Virus record (IMG/VR): IMGVR_UViG_3300022752_005671
Coordinates: 96,001 to 160,000 of that record
From: a virus
DNA length: 64,000 nucleotides
Reading direction: 5' to 3' (one strand)
Each line of letters starts with the position of its first letter. Within the stretch, counting starts at the first letter, position 1. Below, in pieces: positions 26,183 to 37,337 of this stretch. Under the pieces are notes generated by a model. It searched no databases. It worked only from the letters and a program-made list of their open reading frames with translations, and was not told the origin of the DNA. The position numbers and the translations under genes are program-made.

Positions 26183-29100
26183 ATGGCTGAGCAGGTTTTT
26201 AGGTCTCCTGGGTTTTTTGAGAGAGAAATTGAATTAAAAGCACCACCTACTGGAGGTCCATCAGGTGTACCAGCTGGTGTAATTGGTATGTCAAATAAGG
26301 GTCCGGCATTTGTGCCAGTGACTGTTGCAACTTTTAATGAATTCGTTAGCATTTTTGGTAATCTTGATCCAAAGAAGTTCGGTCCTTATGCTGTAAATGA
26401 ATTTTTAAAGAACAGAACTGCTCTTACTTATATGAGAGTACTCGGCGCTGGAGCAAACAAGAATTCAACAGACATTTCTTCAACTTCAGTGACTGGCAGA
26501 GTAAAAAATGCAGGTTTTAAGTTAGAGGGAAACGTATCAGCCCATGATTCTAAGGCACGTCATAATGGTGCAGTACAATTTTTAGTTGCAGACCATACTC
26601 TTCAAACTAATGAAGCGTATGGGATGCCTATGTTTACAGACAACGATTCTCGTACCTCAGCAACAAACGTTAATTTAGTTCGCGGCGTTGTTATGTTAGC
26701 TTCTGGTGCAAGAATGATGGTTCTTGATGGAAACGAAAGCGTTCCAGCTGCATTCATTGGGGCAACAACTGTAGATGATGCAGCACAAGTAAAAAGCGGA
26801 AAATTTAAGTTGATTATTTCTTCGGCACTTGGATCAACTTATGCATTTGATGATAAGATTCCTGGAGTTAAGATTTATACTGCTTCAATGAATCCATCAA
26901 ACGTGGATTATTTTGCGAAAGTATTGAATAGAGACCCTGAAAAATTTGAGCAATATCAACACGTTCTTTATTCAGATTTTGCAGTTGATGATGAAGTTGC
27001 ATCAGTGGTCAATGATGATTATGTTGCAGTATTATCAGGTTCATCATTAACAAGCAACGTTTCTGGAGAACCAACTACTGAATTTAGAAAAGCATTTGGA
27101 GCATATGATACAAGATTCTCGTCTCCAAAAACTTCTTATTTCATTTCTCAACCTTTCGGAACAACAGAATATGATTTGTTCCAAATTGAGTCTCTTGATG
27201 ATGGAGCTTATGCTAATAGCCTCTATAAGGTTTCTATTTCAAATCTTAAAGTTTCTGAAAATGAAGCTTATGAATATGGAACATTCAACGTTCAAATTCG
27301 CGATTGGAACGATACCGACATCAATCCTTCTGTCATCGAAGAATTTGTAAATTGTTCATTAGATCCTGATTCAGATAACTACATCGGAAAAGTTATTGGT
27401 GATCGTAAGGTAACTTACGATTTTGATCAAGATATAGTTTCTGAAAGAAGAATTATCACGAGTGGTAAGTATGATAACGTTTCAAAGTACGTTAGAGTTG
27501 TCATTTCTCAAGATGTTGAAGATAAGAAAGTTCCTGCTAAATCACTACCATTCGGATTTAGAGGTCCAGAACTTTTGAAGACTAATGATGCTTTAACTGA
27601 TGGAGCCACAAGCGCAAAGAGATTAGCTGGAGTGTTTAGCGTTGACGCTGTAGGAATTCTATCACAATCAATTCTTCCACCGGTTCCATTTAGATTTAAG
27701 GTTACAAAAGGACCGATGACGTCTCCTGCTTGGGACGGTGATCCAGGACCTCAAGAAGTAGCTTCTCCTCAATTCTATTGGGGCGTCAAATTTGAAAGAA
27801 ATGATGTTCCACTTAACGTAAACCTTTCTGAAGTAAAAAATTCGCTTCTAGAGAGCTATACAAAATTTGCAGGTATCAAAAAGCTTGATGTTCTTGTAAC
27901 TGGATCTGGAGCAGATACATTTAACAACAACAAGTTCTCATTGTCTAAGGTTGCATTCTCTGCTGGAACGATTGCTGGATTAACAGGAACCGTTCGATCT
28001 CACATGAAAGAAGCAGCTTATATCAGAAATGCAAAAGTTGATCCAACAGCATATACGATAAATGATCCTACTCTAGGAAACAGAATAACATTTGCATCTC
28101 TGCTATCAAACGGAGAACCTTATGAGTTCAACAAATATTCATCATTTGCTAAATTCACGACATTTATGCAAGGCGGATTTGATGGATTAAACATTCTAGA
28201 CCCTGCAGCGTCAAGAATGAATGATAAGGCAACATCATTTGAAACTCCTCTTGGCGGAGCTTCATCAACATTTGTATCACCTGGAATGTTGACAAACCTT
28301 GCCGGCGTTGGTGTTGATAACAACGCCGTCAATTCTTACATAACTGCAGTTGATGTTATGACAGATCCTCTTCAAGTTAATGTCAACTTGTTAGCACTTC
28401 CTGGTATCCGTGAAGATTACATCACAAATTACACTGCAAAGAAAGTTCGTGATTATGGCCTTTCAATGTACGTAATGGATCTTCCAAATTATGATGATAA
28501 TGATGGTAGAATTTATGATGATTCAACAAATAGAATTAACATAGAAAACACCGCCGCGACATTTGAAGCAAGATCATTCGACAACAACTACGTTGCTGCT
28601 TACTTCCCAAATGTTTACGTAAATGATGAAACTAACAAACGTTATGTTAAAGTTCCTTCATCAGTTGCTGCTTTAGGAGCTTTAGGATTCAATGACAGAG
28701 TTGCATATCCATGGTTTGCACCAGCAGGATTTAATAGAGCAGCTCTAGATTTCGTCAACAACGTTGAAGTTAGATTGAATGTTTCTGATAGAGATAGACT
28801 TTATGATGCTAGAATCAATCCGATTGCAACATTCCCACGATTGGGATTTGTGATTTACGGACAAAAGACTCTTCAAATAAGAAAGTCTGCTCTTGATAGA
28901 GTCAACGTTCGTAGACTTCTTCTTGAAGTTAAGAGATTAATCATTAACATTGCAAATAGAATCGTGTTTGAACAAAACACCCCCGCCGTTAGAAACAAGT
29001 TTGTTGCTGATTCAGTTCTTCAATTAGGACTTATTCAAGCGCAAGCTGGTATCGAGGCATACCAAGTTGTGATGAATGAAACAAACAATACGCAAGAAGA

Positions 29101-29209
29101 CGTCGATCTAAACAGATTGAACGGTAGAATCGTTGTTGTTCCAACTAGAGCAATAGAATTCATTGCAATTGACTTTATTGTCACAAATGCAGGAGTTCAG
29201 TTCGTTTGA
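26183..29209 (+). CDS. Tail sheath protein 1 (gp18-like)
   Basis: SPGFFEREI, GPAFVPVTV..FNEF..IFG, YPWFAPAGFNR, YGQKTLQ...SALDRVNVRRLL, VPTRAIEFIAIDF. Confidence 0.93.
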   Translation: MAEQVFRSPGFFEREIELKAPPTGGPSGVPAGVIGMSNKGPAFVPVTVATFNEFVSIFGNLDPKKFGPYAVNEFLKNRTALTYMRVLGAGANKNSTDISSTSVTGRVKNAGFKLEGNVSAHDSKARHNGAVQFLVADHTLQTNEAYGMPMFTDNDSRTSATNVNLVRGVVMLASGARMMVLDGNESVPAAFIGATTVDDAAQVKSGKFKLIISSALGSTYAFDDKIPGVKIYTASMNPSNVDYFAKVLNRDPEKFEQYQHVLYSDFAVDDEVASVVNDDYVAVLSGSSLTSNVSGEPTTEFRKAFGAYDTRFSSPKTSYFISQPFGTTEYDLFQIESLDDGAYANSLYKVSISNLKVSENEAYEYGTFNVQIRDWNDTDINPSVIEEFVNCSLDPDSDNYIGKVIGDRKVTYDFDQDIVSERRIITSGKYDNVSKYVRVVISQDVEDKKVPAKSLPFGFRGPELLKTNDALTDGATSAKRLAGVFSVDAVGILSQSILPPVPFRFKVTKGPMTSPAWDGDPGPQEVASPQFYWGVKFERNDVPLNVNLSEVKNSLLESYTKFAGIKKLDVLVTGSGADTFNNNKFSLSKVAFSAGTIAGLTGTVRSHMKEAAYIRNAKVDPTAYTINDPTLGNRITFASLLSNGEPYEFNKYSSFAKFTTFMQGGFDGLNILDPAASRMNDKATSFETPLGGASSTFVSPGMLTNLAGVGVDNNAVNSYITAVDVMTDPLQVNVNLLALPGIREDYITNYTAKKVRDYGLSMYVMDLPNYDDNDGRIYDDSTNRINIENTAATFEARSFDNNYVAAYFPNVYVNDETNKRYVKVPSSVAALGALGFNDRVAYPWFAPAGFNRAALDFVNNVEVRLNVSDRDRLYDARINPIATFPRLGFVIYGQKTLQIRKSALDRVNVRRLLLEVKRLIINIANRIVFEQNTPAVRNKFVADSVLQLGLIQAQAGIEAYQVVMNETNNTQEDVDLNRLNGRIVVVPTRAIEFIAIDFIVTNAGVQFV

Positions 29210-29232
29210 TCTAAAAATTCTTATGTAATTTG

Positions 29233-29240
29233 ATACTTAT
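29233..29240 (+). promoter_or_regulatory. Putative late-promoter motif ATACTTAT (sheath 2)
   Basis: 26 nt upstream of ATG 29267; the same octamer as before sheath 1. Confidence 0.5.
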
Positions 29241-29266
29241 CAAGCAAGTTGTAGGAGCGAAAATAA

Positions 29267-32200
29267 ATGGCACAGCTCAAATTCGGAAGCGCAGGAGTAA
29301 CGACAAGAGAAATTGATTTAACAGGACCCGTTTCGGCGTCTCCTTCAGGTGTTCCTGCAGGGATAATTGGAACATCAGTTAAAGGACCGGCATTCGTTCC
29401 TTTAACATACGGTACATTGAGCGATTTCTTTGCAAAGTTTGGTGAAAGTGATTCTAAGAAATTTGGACCGATGGCGGTAGCAGAATGGATGAAGAGAGCT
29501 ACTTCCGTAACTTACCTTAGAGTTTTAGGCGTAGGTGATGGAAAGAAAAGAGTAGCTAGCGGCCAATCTGCAGGTGACGTAACAAATTCTGGATTTACTG
29601 TTGGTGAACAACTTCCTTCTTCCAATGGAACGTTATCATCTAACACATATGCAAATTCTGAAGGCGTTTTAGGAAGAACATACTTCTTGGGATGCTTCAT
29701 GTCAGAATCTGCAGGATCTAACGTCTTTAACGCAGCTGGATTACAAGGAACAGGAAGCGTTAATGGAATTGGATTGAACACTGCTGTGCCAATTGTTCGA
29801 GGAATTTTAATGGCTCCATCTGGAGTTATTTTAAGATTATCAGCTTCTGCTGTAGGGTTGGATTCAAGCAAGCCTTCTTCAACTTTGGTCGGAAATGATG
29901 AATCTGCAAAAGGAACATCTTTAGGTTCTCTTGTCTTAGGATCAGGAACATCCGCAAAACAAGAATTTACCATTTTGCTAAATGGACATAAGGGAACAGA
30001 CTCTTCATATCCAAATGTTCTTACTGCTTCTTTCGATGTGACTGCAGCAAATTACATCAGCAAAGTTTTAAATACTGATCCTTATAAGATTCAACAAGCT
30101 GGTCATTATCTTGCTGCACACTGGGATATTCATCCAACTTTAGCAGTGGTAACTGGCGTAGGCGTAGTATCTGCAGTACCAGTTAATCAAAGCGAAAGAT
30201 CAGCATTCTTGTTAACTTCATCATTATCAAGAAATGTTGGATCTTCTACTGTTCCTAACTATGAAGGATTTAGAGATAGATTCTCTAATGGTAAATCGCC
30301 TTGGGTCGTATCACAAAAGTTTGGTGGATCTCAAGTAAACTTATTCAAACTTCATTCATTGGATGCAGGAGCTGGAATCTCTAATAAGTTTAAGATTTCT
30401 ATTTATAATATTGTTCCTTCATCAGATCCATTAAACAAATATGGTTCATTTAGCTTAGCTGTAAGAAGCCTAACTGACACAGACATTGATCAAAAAGTTC
30501 TTGAGCGTTGGGAAGGACTTAACCTAGATCCTTCATCTGATAGATACATCGGCAAGGTCATTGGAGACGTTAATGCTTATTATGACTTTGATAGAGATGA
30601 TGCAGCTCAAAAGCTTGTCATTGAAGGAAATTATGAACTAAGATCTAGATACATTAGAGTTGAAGTATCAACCGCAGTTGCTGAACAAGCTGTTGATCCA
30701 ACAGCTCTTCCAATGGGATTTAGAGGAATTTCTCACTTAGTTACGTCAGGTTCAGCTCCTCTTGCCTCACTAGGCGGAGTAGATGCATCTGCATTATCTA
30801 ATTCTACATTTACAAGAAACACCGTTGAACCTCCTCTTCCATTTAGAAATCATTTAAATGACGGAACCGGCCAACAAACTCAAGTAAATTCAAGATATCA
30901 CTGGGGAGCTAAGTTTGAACACATTACAAGCTTAACAGAACAAAACAGTTCAGTTCTTCAAGATAAGTCTTTCAACAGCTTTACGAAACATTTCCCAGGA
31001 CATTCAACATCTAATGTCAATTTTGTGGTTGGTGATAATTCTGGTGTAGCTGATACAGCACAAAATGGTATCATTGATGCAGACAGGTTCTGCGGCAATT
31101 TATTCACATTAGAAAACATCAAGATCACGACTGGATCCAACGGAACAGTCGCTCAAAATGATGATTGGAAATATGCATCTTATGTCAGAAATGGTAACAT
31201 AGTTGCAGATGACGTAGCAAAGACTCGTGCTGTTCAAGTCAGTGATCTTTCTAATTCTCAAAATCGTAAATTCCTTAAGTTCTCATTCATTATGCAAGGC
31301 GGATTTGATGGTGTTAACATTTTTGATAAGGATGAATCAGAGATTAATAACGCAGCAGTAGTTGCGGATATGGATGATGCTAACAGAGGAAGATCATCAG
31401 GTCCAAACGTATCTGCATACGTCAAGGCTCTTGAAGTGATGAAGAACACAACCAATGTTGACATCCAACTCTTAGCAATTCCAGGAATTCGTGCACCAAT
31501 TGTTACAGATGAAGCAATAAGAGCAACAGAAGAACGTTTCGATGCACTTTATATCATGGACATTGAACAAGTTGACAAGGATGGAAATCTTATCAATATC
31601 ACTTCAAACGTCAAGCCATCCGTCACGGAGACAGTTGCACAACACAAGGCAAGAAACCTTAATACATCATTTGCTGCATCTTACTTCCCAGACGTATTAA
31701 TTAAGGATCCTTCACTTCAAACTAACTCAGTCATTGTTCCACCATCCGTCGTCGTGATGGGAGCATTGGCATTGAATGACGCCTTAGGATATCCATGGTT
31801 TGCACCAGCAGGATTAACAAGAGGAGAACTTCCATCAACGTTAGAGACAAGCATTCAGCTTAAGGATGCAGATCTTGATTCTCTATATGATGAAGACATC
31901 AACCCTCTATATGCTCCTGCAACTGCAACCCGCGGAGGAACAAATCCAAAGGGAGGAGTTGTTGTGTGGGGACAGAAGACGATGCTTCAATCAGCATCTG
32001 CGCTTGATAGAATCAACGTAAGACGTCTTCTCATTGATATTCGCCGTCAAGTTCGTGAGATTGCTCAAACAATCATCTTCGAACCAAACCGCGAGGCAAC
32101 TCTTGCAAGATTCACCGCAGCAGTCACTCCAAGACTTCAAAGAATTCAAGCTCTTGCTGGACTTGAGAGATTCCGCGTTATCATCGACTCTTCTACGACA

Positions 32201-32320
32201 ACGCAACAAGACGTCGAGAATAACACAGTTCGTGGTAAGATCTTCTTACAACCCACCAAGACGATTGAGTTCGTTTCATTGGACTTCGTTGTGGCCAACA
32301 ACCTTCAACAAGTACAATGA
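29267..32320 (+). CDS. Tail sheath protein 2
   Basis: SAGVTTREID, GPAFVP, YPWFAPAGLTRG, VWGQKT...SALDRINVRRLL, QPTKTIEFVSLDF. Confidence 0.93.
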   Translation: MAQLKFGSAGVTTREIDLTGPVSASPSGVPAGIIGTSVKGPAFVPLTYGTLSDFFAKFGESDSKKFGPMAVAEWMKRATSVTYLRVLGVGDGKKRVASGQSAGDVTNSGFTVGEQLPSSNGTLSSNTYANSEGVLGRTYFLGCFMSESAGSNVFNAAGLQGTGSVNGIGLNTAVPIVRGILMAPSGVILRLSASAVGLDSSKPSSTLVGNDESAKGTSLGSLVLGSGTSAKQEFTILLNGHKGTDSSYPNVLTASFDVTAANYISKVLNTDPYKIQQAGHYLAAHWDIHPTLAVVTGVGVVSAVPVNQSERSAFLLTSSLSRNVGSSTVPNYEGFRDRFSNGKSPWVVSQKFGGSQVNLFKLHSLDAGAGISNKFKISIYNIVPSSDPLNKYGSFSLAVRSLTDTDIDQKVLERWEGLNLDPSSDRYIGKVIGDVNAYYDFDRDDAAQKLVIEGNYELRSRYIRVEVSTAVAEQAVDPTALPMGFRGISHLVTSGSAPLASLGGVDASALSNSTFTRNTVEPPLPFRNHLNDGTGQQTQVNSRYHWGAKFEHITSLTEQNSSVLQDKSFNSFTKHFPGHSTSNVNFVVGDNSGVADTAQNGIIDADRFCGNLFTLENIKITTGSNGTVAQNDDWKYASYVRNGNIVADDVAKTRAVQVSDLSNSQNRKFLKFSFIMQGGFDGVNIFDKDESEINNAAVVADMDDANRGRSSGPNVSAYVKALEVMKNTTNVDIQLLAIPGIRAPIVTDEAIRATEERFDALYIMDIEQVDKDGNLINITSNVKPSVTETVAQHKARNLNTSFAASYFPDVLIKDPSLQTNSVIVPPSVVVMGALALNDALGYPWFAPAGLTRGELPSTLETSIQLKDADLDSLYDEDINPLYAPATATRGGTNPKGGVVVWGQKTMLQSASALDRINVRRLLIDIRRQVREIAQTIIFEPNREATLARFTAAVTPRLQRIQALAGLERFRVIIDSSTTTQQDVENNTVRGKIFLQPTKTIEFVSLDFVVANNLQQVQ

Positions 32321-32374
32321 AAATAATTGATAAAAATGTTTGATATATTCAAGCATTTTAATATCAAATAATTT

Positions 32375-32406
32375 TTAAGGGCTTCTTATGAGGCCCTTAA
32401 TTTTTT
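32375..32406 (+). terminator. Terminator between sheath 2 and sheath 3
   Basis: TTAAGGGCTTC-TTAT-GAGGCCCTTAA (11 bp, one G-U pair) followed by TTTTTT. Confidence 0.85.
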
Positions 32407-32472
32407 GTTTTGAAATCTTGGTTATATAGATTAAAAAGCAACATAGTTATGAACCAAGAGAAGTTTATTTAA

Positions 32473-35400
32473 ATGTCGCAAGTCAAGTATAATAGCCCAG
32501 GAGTTACTGTTAATGATGCCGGAGTAATTCCTAGATTAAATAGAAATATAATTTCAACTCCTACTGTTATTGTAGGGACTTCTCATATGGGTCCTGCATA
32601 CGTTCCTGAAGGATTTTCTAAAACCGTTGAATTTCAAGATCTGTTCGGGATTCCTAATATTTCTGGGTCTATAGTTTCTTCTGATAAACGTTTTACTGAT
32701 TATGGAGCGTTGGCTGTTCAAGAATGTATAAACAATGGATCTTCTGCAACATTTATTAGAGTTTTAGGAGCAGGTAATTGTAAAAAAAGAATTGAAACAG
32801 GGACGACTGCAGGAGATGTAGTAAACGCTGGATTTACTGTTGGAGAAGAACAACCAGATCAAGCAAACTTTTCTGGATCTCTTAGTAAAAATCCATACGC
32901 AAATGAAGGTGGCGTTTTAGGAAGAACATACTTCTTAGGCTGTTTCATGTCTGAATCAGCAGGTTCGAACGTTTTTAATGCCGCGGGCCTACAAGGAACA
33001 GGAAGCGTTAACGGCATAGGGATTAATACTTCAGTTCCGATTATTAGAGGTATTTTAATGGCTCCATCAGGAGTTATTTTAAGGTTATCTTCATCTGCGG
33101 TTGCATATGATTCTTCAGGACCTTCTTCTACACAAATCGCTTCTGAAACTTCAGCAAAAGGAACTACAATAGGTTCTATCGATCTACTTTCAGCCGGCGA
33201 CAAATCTCAACAATTTATTATGTTGTTAAACGGCCACAAAGGTTCTGATGATTATCCGAATGTTATAACTGCATCTCTAGATATGCAATCTCCATTTTAT
33301 ATAACTAGAGTTTTTAACATGACTGCTTCTTTGATACAAAGGGCAGGACATTATTTAGCTTCTCATTGGGATATACATCCAGCAGTCGCTACGTTAACAG
33401 GGGTCGGTGTAGTGAGCTCCGGCGCAGGAGCGCCGAGCGATTCTTCAAGGGTATTTTCAACTGAAAGATCTGTATTTTTATTAACGTCTTCTTTACAGAG
33501 AGACGTTGGGTCTTCTACTGTTCCAAATTTTGAAGGATTTAGAGATAGATTTTCTCATGCATCAACTCCATGGATTATTTCTCAAAAAATTCATGGAAAG
33601 TACGTTAATTTATTTAAATTACATTCATTACATGATGGAGAACAACACAAAAATTATAAGATTGTAATTCATGATATAACCCCACCATCAGATGAAAAAT
33701 CTTCAAGATTTGGGACTTTTAGTATTTCTATCAGAGATATTAATGATTTTGATGAAACTTCAAAATCATTGCAAACATTTGCTAACGTAGACTTAAACCC
33801 ATCTTCAGATATGTTTATTTCAAAAGTGATAGGAGATATTAACAAATATTTTGATTTTGACAGACCAGATGATGATCAAAGACTGGTCGTAGAAGGAAAT
33901 TATCCAAATAATTCCGTATATGTTAGGGTTGAAGTATCTGATGAAGTATTAAACAATAAAATTAGTAATAATACTCTTCCGATGGGATTTAGAGGGATAT
34001 CTCACATTGTAACGTCAGGTTCATCAGTATTGGCACCACTAGGAGGCCAAGATTCTTCAGCTTTATTAAATTCTTATTTTTTACGAAATTTAGTAACCCC
34101 TCCTTTGCCTCTCTGTAATAATATTTTTGTTGTTAACAATTCAAAAAAAGAACCTTCGTCTAACAGAAGGTGGGGAATAAAGTTCGATCATATAATCAAT
34201 CAAGAGAAACAAAATAATTTTAAGCATATTGATGAATCAATTCTTAGTTTTATAAAACATTATCCATCTCATTCTACGGTGAACGTTAATTTTTCAGTTT
34301 CTAATAACCATGGGACTTCTGATACGCCTCAGCTTGGAATAATAGATGCTGATAGATTTTGTAACAATCTTTTTACTCTAGAAAATATAAAAGTTTTGAC
34401 AGGATCGATTAACGATTCCAATAACACGATAACAGATAATTGGCAATACGCGAGTTATGTTAGAGACGGTAACATATCAATTAATGACAGCGAGAAGACT
34501 AGAAGAGTCAGTGTAGATGATTTAAAAAATCCAATCAATAGAACATTTTTATCATTTCAAACGATGTTATGCGGCGGTTTTGATGGAACAAATATCTTTG
34601 ATTTAAATGAATCTAATTTCACGAATTTAGCAGTAATTGCAGATATGAATGATCAAAAAAGAGGAAAGCAATCCGCTTCAACAACGGCTGCTTACTTAAA
34701 AGTTTTAGAAATGCTAAGAAGTCCTACAGTGACTGACATGCAAATCTTAGCAATACCCGGAATACGATCTCCTGCAGTTACGGATGAAGCCATTGACGTT
34801 GCAGAAAGCAGAATGGACTGTTTGTACATATTGGACATCGAACAAATTGGTAAAAATGATGAACAAGTGCAAATTTCTGAAATCATTGCATACGATGAAC
34901 AGTTTAAACCAGACTTACAAAAAACGATTAGAAATTTTGATGATAGAGCATTAAATACTTCTTATGCAGCAGGATATTATCCAGATGTTGAATTAGAAAT
35001 TGATGCACCGACATATAAAATTAATTCAATTATCGTACCTCCCTCAGTCGCAGTTGTAGGAGGATTAGCGGCAAATGATTCTTTAGGAAATGTATGGTTT
35101 TCTCCATCTGGAAACTCTAGAGGATCTTTAAGAAAAGTTATCTCGACAACAGTTTCTTTAAGTAAATCAGATATAGATTCTTTGTATAAAAGCAACATTA
35201 ACTTTTTATACGCTCCTTCTAACGTCGGAGGTCAAGGAACTGGAGTTATTATAGGAGGACAAAAAACATTAAATAGATCAAGTTCTTCTTTGTCTAGAGT
35301 TAACGTAAGAAGATTATTAATTGATATCAGGAGCCGTGTAAGAAACGTTGCTTTGAACATATTGTTTGATTCAGATAGAGAAACAGCGACAGCTAGATTC

Positions 35401-35598
35401 ATATCAGACGTTTCAGTAATTCTTCAACGAATATCTTCTGCATCTGGATTAGATGATTTTAAAGTAGAGGTTGATTCTTCTCAAAATGACATTGATAATC
35501 AAACTTTTAAAGGTAGAATCTACATTAGACCAAAAAAATCTATTGATTATCTGTCATTAGATTTTATAGTGTCAAATAACCTGCAATCAGAAATTTAA
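32473..35598 (+). CDS. Tail sheath protein 3 (divergent duplicate of sheath 2)
   Basis: SPGVTV, GPAYVP, VWFSPSGNSRG, GGQKT...SRVNVRRLL, RPKKSIDYLSLDF; shares near-identical blocks with sheath 2 such as EGGVLGRTYFLGCFMSESAGSNVFNAAGLQGTGSVNGIG. Confidence 0.9.
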   Translation: MSQVKYNSPGVTVNDAGVIPRLNRNIISTPTVIVGTSHMGPAYVPEGFSKTVEFQDLFGIPNISGSIVSSDKRFTDYGALAVQECINNGSSATFIRVLGAGNCKKRIETGTTAGDVVNAGFTVGEEQPDQANFSGSLSKNPYANEGGVLGRTYFLGCFMSESAGSNVFNAAGLQGTGSVNGIGINTSVPIIRGILMAPSGVILRLSSSAVAYDSSGPSSTQIASETSAKGTTIGSIDLLSAGDKSQQFIMLLNGHKGSDDYPNVITASLDMQSPFYITRVFNMTASLIQRAGHYLASHWDIHPAVATLTGVGVVSSGAGAPSDSSRVFSTERSVFLLTSSLQRDVGSSTVPNFEGFRDRFSHASTPWIISQKIHGKYVNLFKLHSLHDGEQHKNYKIVIHDITPPSDEKSSRFGTFSISIRDINDFDETSKSLQTFANVDLNPSSDMFISKVIGDINKYFDFDRPDDDQRLVVEGNYPNNSVYVRVEVSDEVLNNKISNNTLPMGFRGISHIVTSGSSVLAPLGGQDSSALLNSYFLRNLVTPPLPLCNNIFVVNNSKKEPSSNRRWGIKFDHIINQEKQNNFKHIDESILSFIKHYPSHSTVNVNFSVSNNHGTSDTPQLGIIDADRFCNNLFTLENIKVLTGSINDSNNTITDNWQYASYVRDGNISINDSEKTRRVSVDDLKNPINRTFLSFQTMLCGGFDGTNIFDLNESNFTNLAVIADMNDQKRGKQSASTTAAYLKVLEMLRSPTVTDMQILAIPGIRSPAVTDEAIDVAESRMDCLYILDIEQIGKNDEQVQISEIIAYDEQFKPDLQKTIRNFDDRALNTSYAAGYYPDVELEIDAPTYKINSIIVPPSVAVVGGLAANDSLGNVWFSPSGNSRGSLRKVISTTVSLSKSDIDSLYKSNINFLYAPSNVGGQGTGVIIGGQKTLNRSSSSLSRVNVRRLLIDIRSRVRNVALNILFDSDRETATARFISDVSVILQRISSASGLDDFKVEVDSSQNDIDNQTFKGRIYIRPKKSIDYLSLDFIVSNNLQSEI

Positions 35599-37253
35599 AT
35601 ATCTAATTCAAAAACTAGGTTTCCGCAGCCCCAAATTTTTACAACCCCAGCTGCATCTGCGATTTGAGCTTCAGTCAATCCTTCTGAAGAGTCTGCCTTA
35701 AATTTAAATCGGTTGTATCTATTTTCAAAATCCGTCCACCAGAATCGAGGAGGAGTGACTGAAATTTCTTTAAATCCGGCATATTTATATCCTTCCCCTG
35801 CTCCTCCCCATCGTTTATCAACGTATGTTACAATTTTTTTGTGACCTTTTTGCTTGGACCAAGATTTAGCGTGGTTTATTAATTTTGTTAATCCGCCTGG
35901 AACGTTATAGTTCAATTTTGGACAACACCTTGCAATTTCAATACCTTCATATTTTTTATGAAACGGACGCCTTACTGAAATTGCATACACAATTTCTCCT
36001 GAATAATCAATTAATCCCCAAGCAGTAATTGAAGGAACATCTCCATCAGCATGGTTTTCTTCAAAAAAAGATTTTCTTTCTTTTCTTGATAATTCTCGAA
36101 CATCACATTTTCTTGCGTATTCTTTTTTAAAAGAAATTCCTAATCTTGAAAGAATCATCGATTTTATGACGTTTTGTTTATCTCTCCATTCGTCCTCAAA
36201 AACGTGAACCAACTTTATTCCTGCAGCTTCTGAACTTAAAGTTTTATTGTTGTGATATCCTTGAGTTTTATTGACATGGCTGTGCCAATACAACCCGTTG
36301 TATTCTACAGCAAACTTTTTATCTTCAACTACAATATCAAGTTCTAATCCTCCCAGCGTTTTTCTTACATTTCTTACTACATTAAACCCTAATGATTCTA
36401 TCCACCGTGCAACCTCTTCTTGGGCTGCAGATCCTCCTGGAGAACAATGATAACAGTGACCGCGTTGAAGACTACGCAACGAACCTTGGAATTGTTTACT
36501 GCATTTATTACATTCAACAACGATGATTTTTTGTGCGTCATTGATGTAATTCTCAAGACCGCTAACGATTTTAAGTTGACCTGTATTTTCTATTCTACAC
36601 CTTATTTCTTCATGACTTAATCTCTTTAGATGATCCAACCTATCCCTGATTTGTTTCTGTTTCATCTTCAATGAAACTTTTTGCGATAACAATTGGATTC
36701 TATCATCTGTGTCTTTGCTAAGTCCTTTGGCCCAAGGAATGATTTCGCCGGATGCAAATTTATTCTTCAAGTTTTCTTTCACGGAAGCCATCCTAGGATC
36801 GGATTCAGCAGTTAATCCTTTATTCCAAGATTGAATTTTTCCTTCGTCAAAACTAGTTTTTCTTCCAATCGACGTTTTGATTGCTCTGTTTTCAATTCTT
36901 CGATCGGAATTTTTTGTTAATCCTCTCGCCCAACCTGGTTTTCCCTTTAATGACTCTGATCTTTTCTTTGCAGTTTCTGATGCCCTAATAGGATCCATAA
37001 CTTTATAAATCGACCCGTTGTGTCCGTTGATAACTTGAGAGTATCCTTTCCACCATCCAATCCATTTTGTTTGTTTCCCACATCCACATAGACACATTCT
37101 AGGACCTTCATTTAATTGATCCCATAATTCCTGTGTTGTAATTTTATGAATTACTTTAAGATGATCCTCAAATGACGTGAGCCTCTTCGATTCAAAATTG
37201 TCACACAACGGACACTTTACGATCCTCAAATTTGTTTTTTTATCAACAGCCAT
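35595..37253 (-). mobile_element. Free-standing homing-endonuclease-like gene (Hef-like): Zn fingers, W.KGL repeats, PD-(D/E)xK/DUF559-type nuclease, C-terminal GNAT-like domain
   Basis: C2H2 CPLC...HLKVIH, CLCGCG, three W(A/N)(R/K)GL(T/S)xx(S/T)DxR repeats, CNKC/CYHC, ELDIVVEDKKFAVEYNGLYWHS; C-terminal YARKC.V...IVTYVDKRW...IWGCG; antisense insertion between sheath and tube. Confidence 0.75.
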
Positions 37254-37337
37254 GCGTTCTTGAGCTTCCCTGCTACCCTAATATATCTACAAGTGGGAAA
37301 AAACTTTAGAAAAAATAGCATCAGTTTTCTTATAAGA

